Assembly: GCA_045618065.1 (NCBI GenBank)
Contig: JAZLJU010000026.1
Location: 1 to 48,448 of the forward strand
DNA: 48,448 nt
Direction of reading: 5' to 3'
Origin: Candidatus Nanosyncoccus sp.
GTDB taxonomy: Bacteria > Patescibacteriota > Saccharimonadia > Saccharimonadales > Saccharimonadaceae
Shown here: positions 47,963-48,448 of the stretch, piece after piece
Layout: every line of letters starts with the position of its first letter
How positions within the stretch are numbered: the first letter of the stretch is position 1
Notes under the pieces: generated by a model
What the model was told of the DNA's origin: nothing
Seen by the model: the letters and a program-made list of their open reading frames with translations, nothing else
Database searches by the model: none
Made by a program: the position numbers and the translations under genes

Positions 47963-48364
47963 TTACCAAACCCTCACTAAGATTTCACCACCTAAACGAT
48001 TTTTCTTCGCTTCACGACCAGTCATAAGACCTTTAGAAGTCGATACAATTACCATGCCGCGACCAGATTTTACCGTAGGTAAATCTTCCGCTGCCGAGTA
48101 AATTCTACGACCAGGCTTGGAAACCTTTGTAATCTCATTAATCTTAGCTTGCGAACCAACTTCATTGATTGTAACTTTCAAAATTCCGCGTGGTTTATCA
48201 TCCGAAATCTCGTAGTCGGAAATGTAGCCATTTTTCTTCAAAACTTCGACTACTTGCACTTTCAATTTAGAAGTCGGGACGAGGATTTCATTTTTGTTCA
48301 CCATTATCGCATTGCGAATTCTAGTTAACAAATCTGCTATTTGATCTGTAGATTGTAATGACAT
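47963..48364 (-). CDS. rpsH: 30S ribosomal protein S8
   Basis: DQIADLLTRIRNA, SKPGRRIY, STSKG, GGE. Confidence 0.98.
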   Translation of the reverse strand: MSLQSTDQIADLLTRIRNAIMVNKNEILVPTSKLKVQVVEVLKKNGYISDYEISDDKPRGILKVTINEVGSQAKINEITKVSKPGRRIYSAAEDLPTVKSGRGMVIVSTSKGLMTGREAKKNRLGGEILVRVW

Positions 48365-48379
48365 ATTCTCTCCTTTCTC

Positions 48380-48448
48380 CTACCAACTACTCTTTGTTAC
48401 ACCAGGAATTTCGCCCTTAGATGCTTTTTCCCGGAAATTAATACGGCT
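48380..48448 (-). CDS. rpsN: 30S ribosomal protein S14, 3' end (partial)
   Basis: manual translation SRINFREKASKGEIPGVTKSSW*; precedes rpsH. Confidence 0.92.
   Translation of the reverse strand, partial: SRINFREKASKGEIPGVTKSSW

Overview
AT-rich bacterial chromosome segment, most consistent with Saccharibacteria (TM7/CPR; inference from no L30 between S5 and L15, a Cys-free L32, class F-like sortases, and thyA/ldh/sbcB content). It is mostly core genes: fragmented spc/alpha ribosomal operons, rpoBC, secY, thyA-folA-glyA, leuS, metG, pheST, ftsEX with a CHAP hydrolase and an S41 protease, rnc, nusB, ldh, sbcB, pgm and tRNA-Ala(CGC). rpmJ, rpmF and a partial rpsN were missed by the ORF track. 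The main unexplained signal is a family of three ~100-120 nt structured elements (835-944, 23235-23333, 24460-24578). Each has a long terminal stem enclosing two hairpins with RACG tetraloops and tandem G.A pairs, supported by compensatory changes. Two copies sit in frame inside leuS and would be translated as peptide insertions, resembling Rickettsia-type coding palindromes. Other signals: a GATTTTGGGG motif fixed just upstream of the -35 of the rpoB, rpsP and rpmF promoters; loss of both zinc sites in RNAP beta'; many leaderless extended -10 promoters; a candidate small RNA and a structured leader upstream of rpoB; and a tRNA with an A19-U56 elbow.
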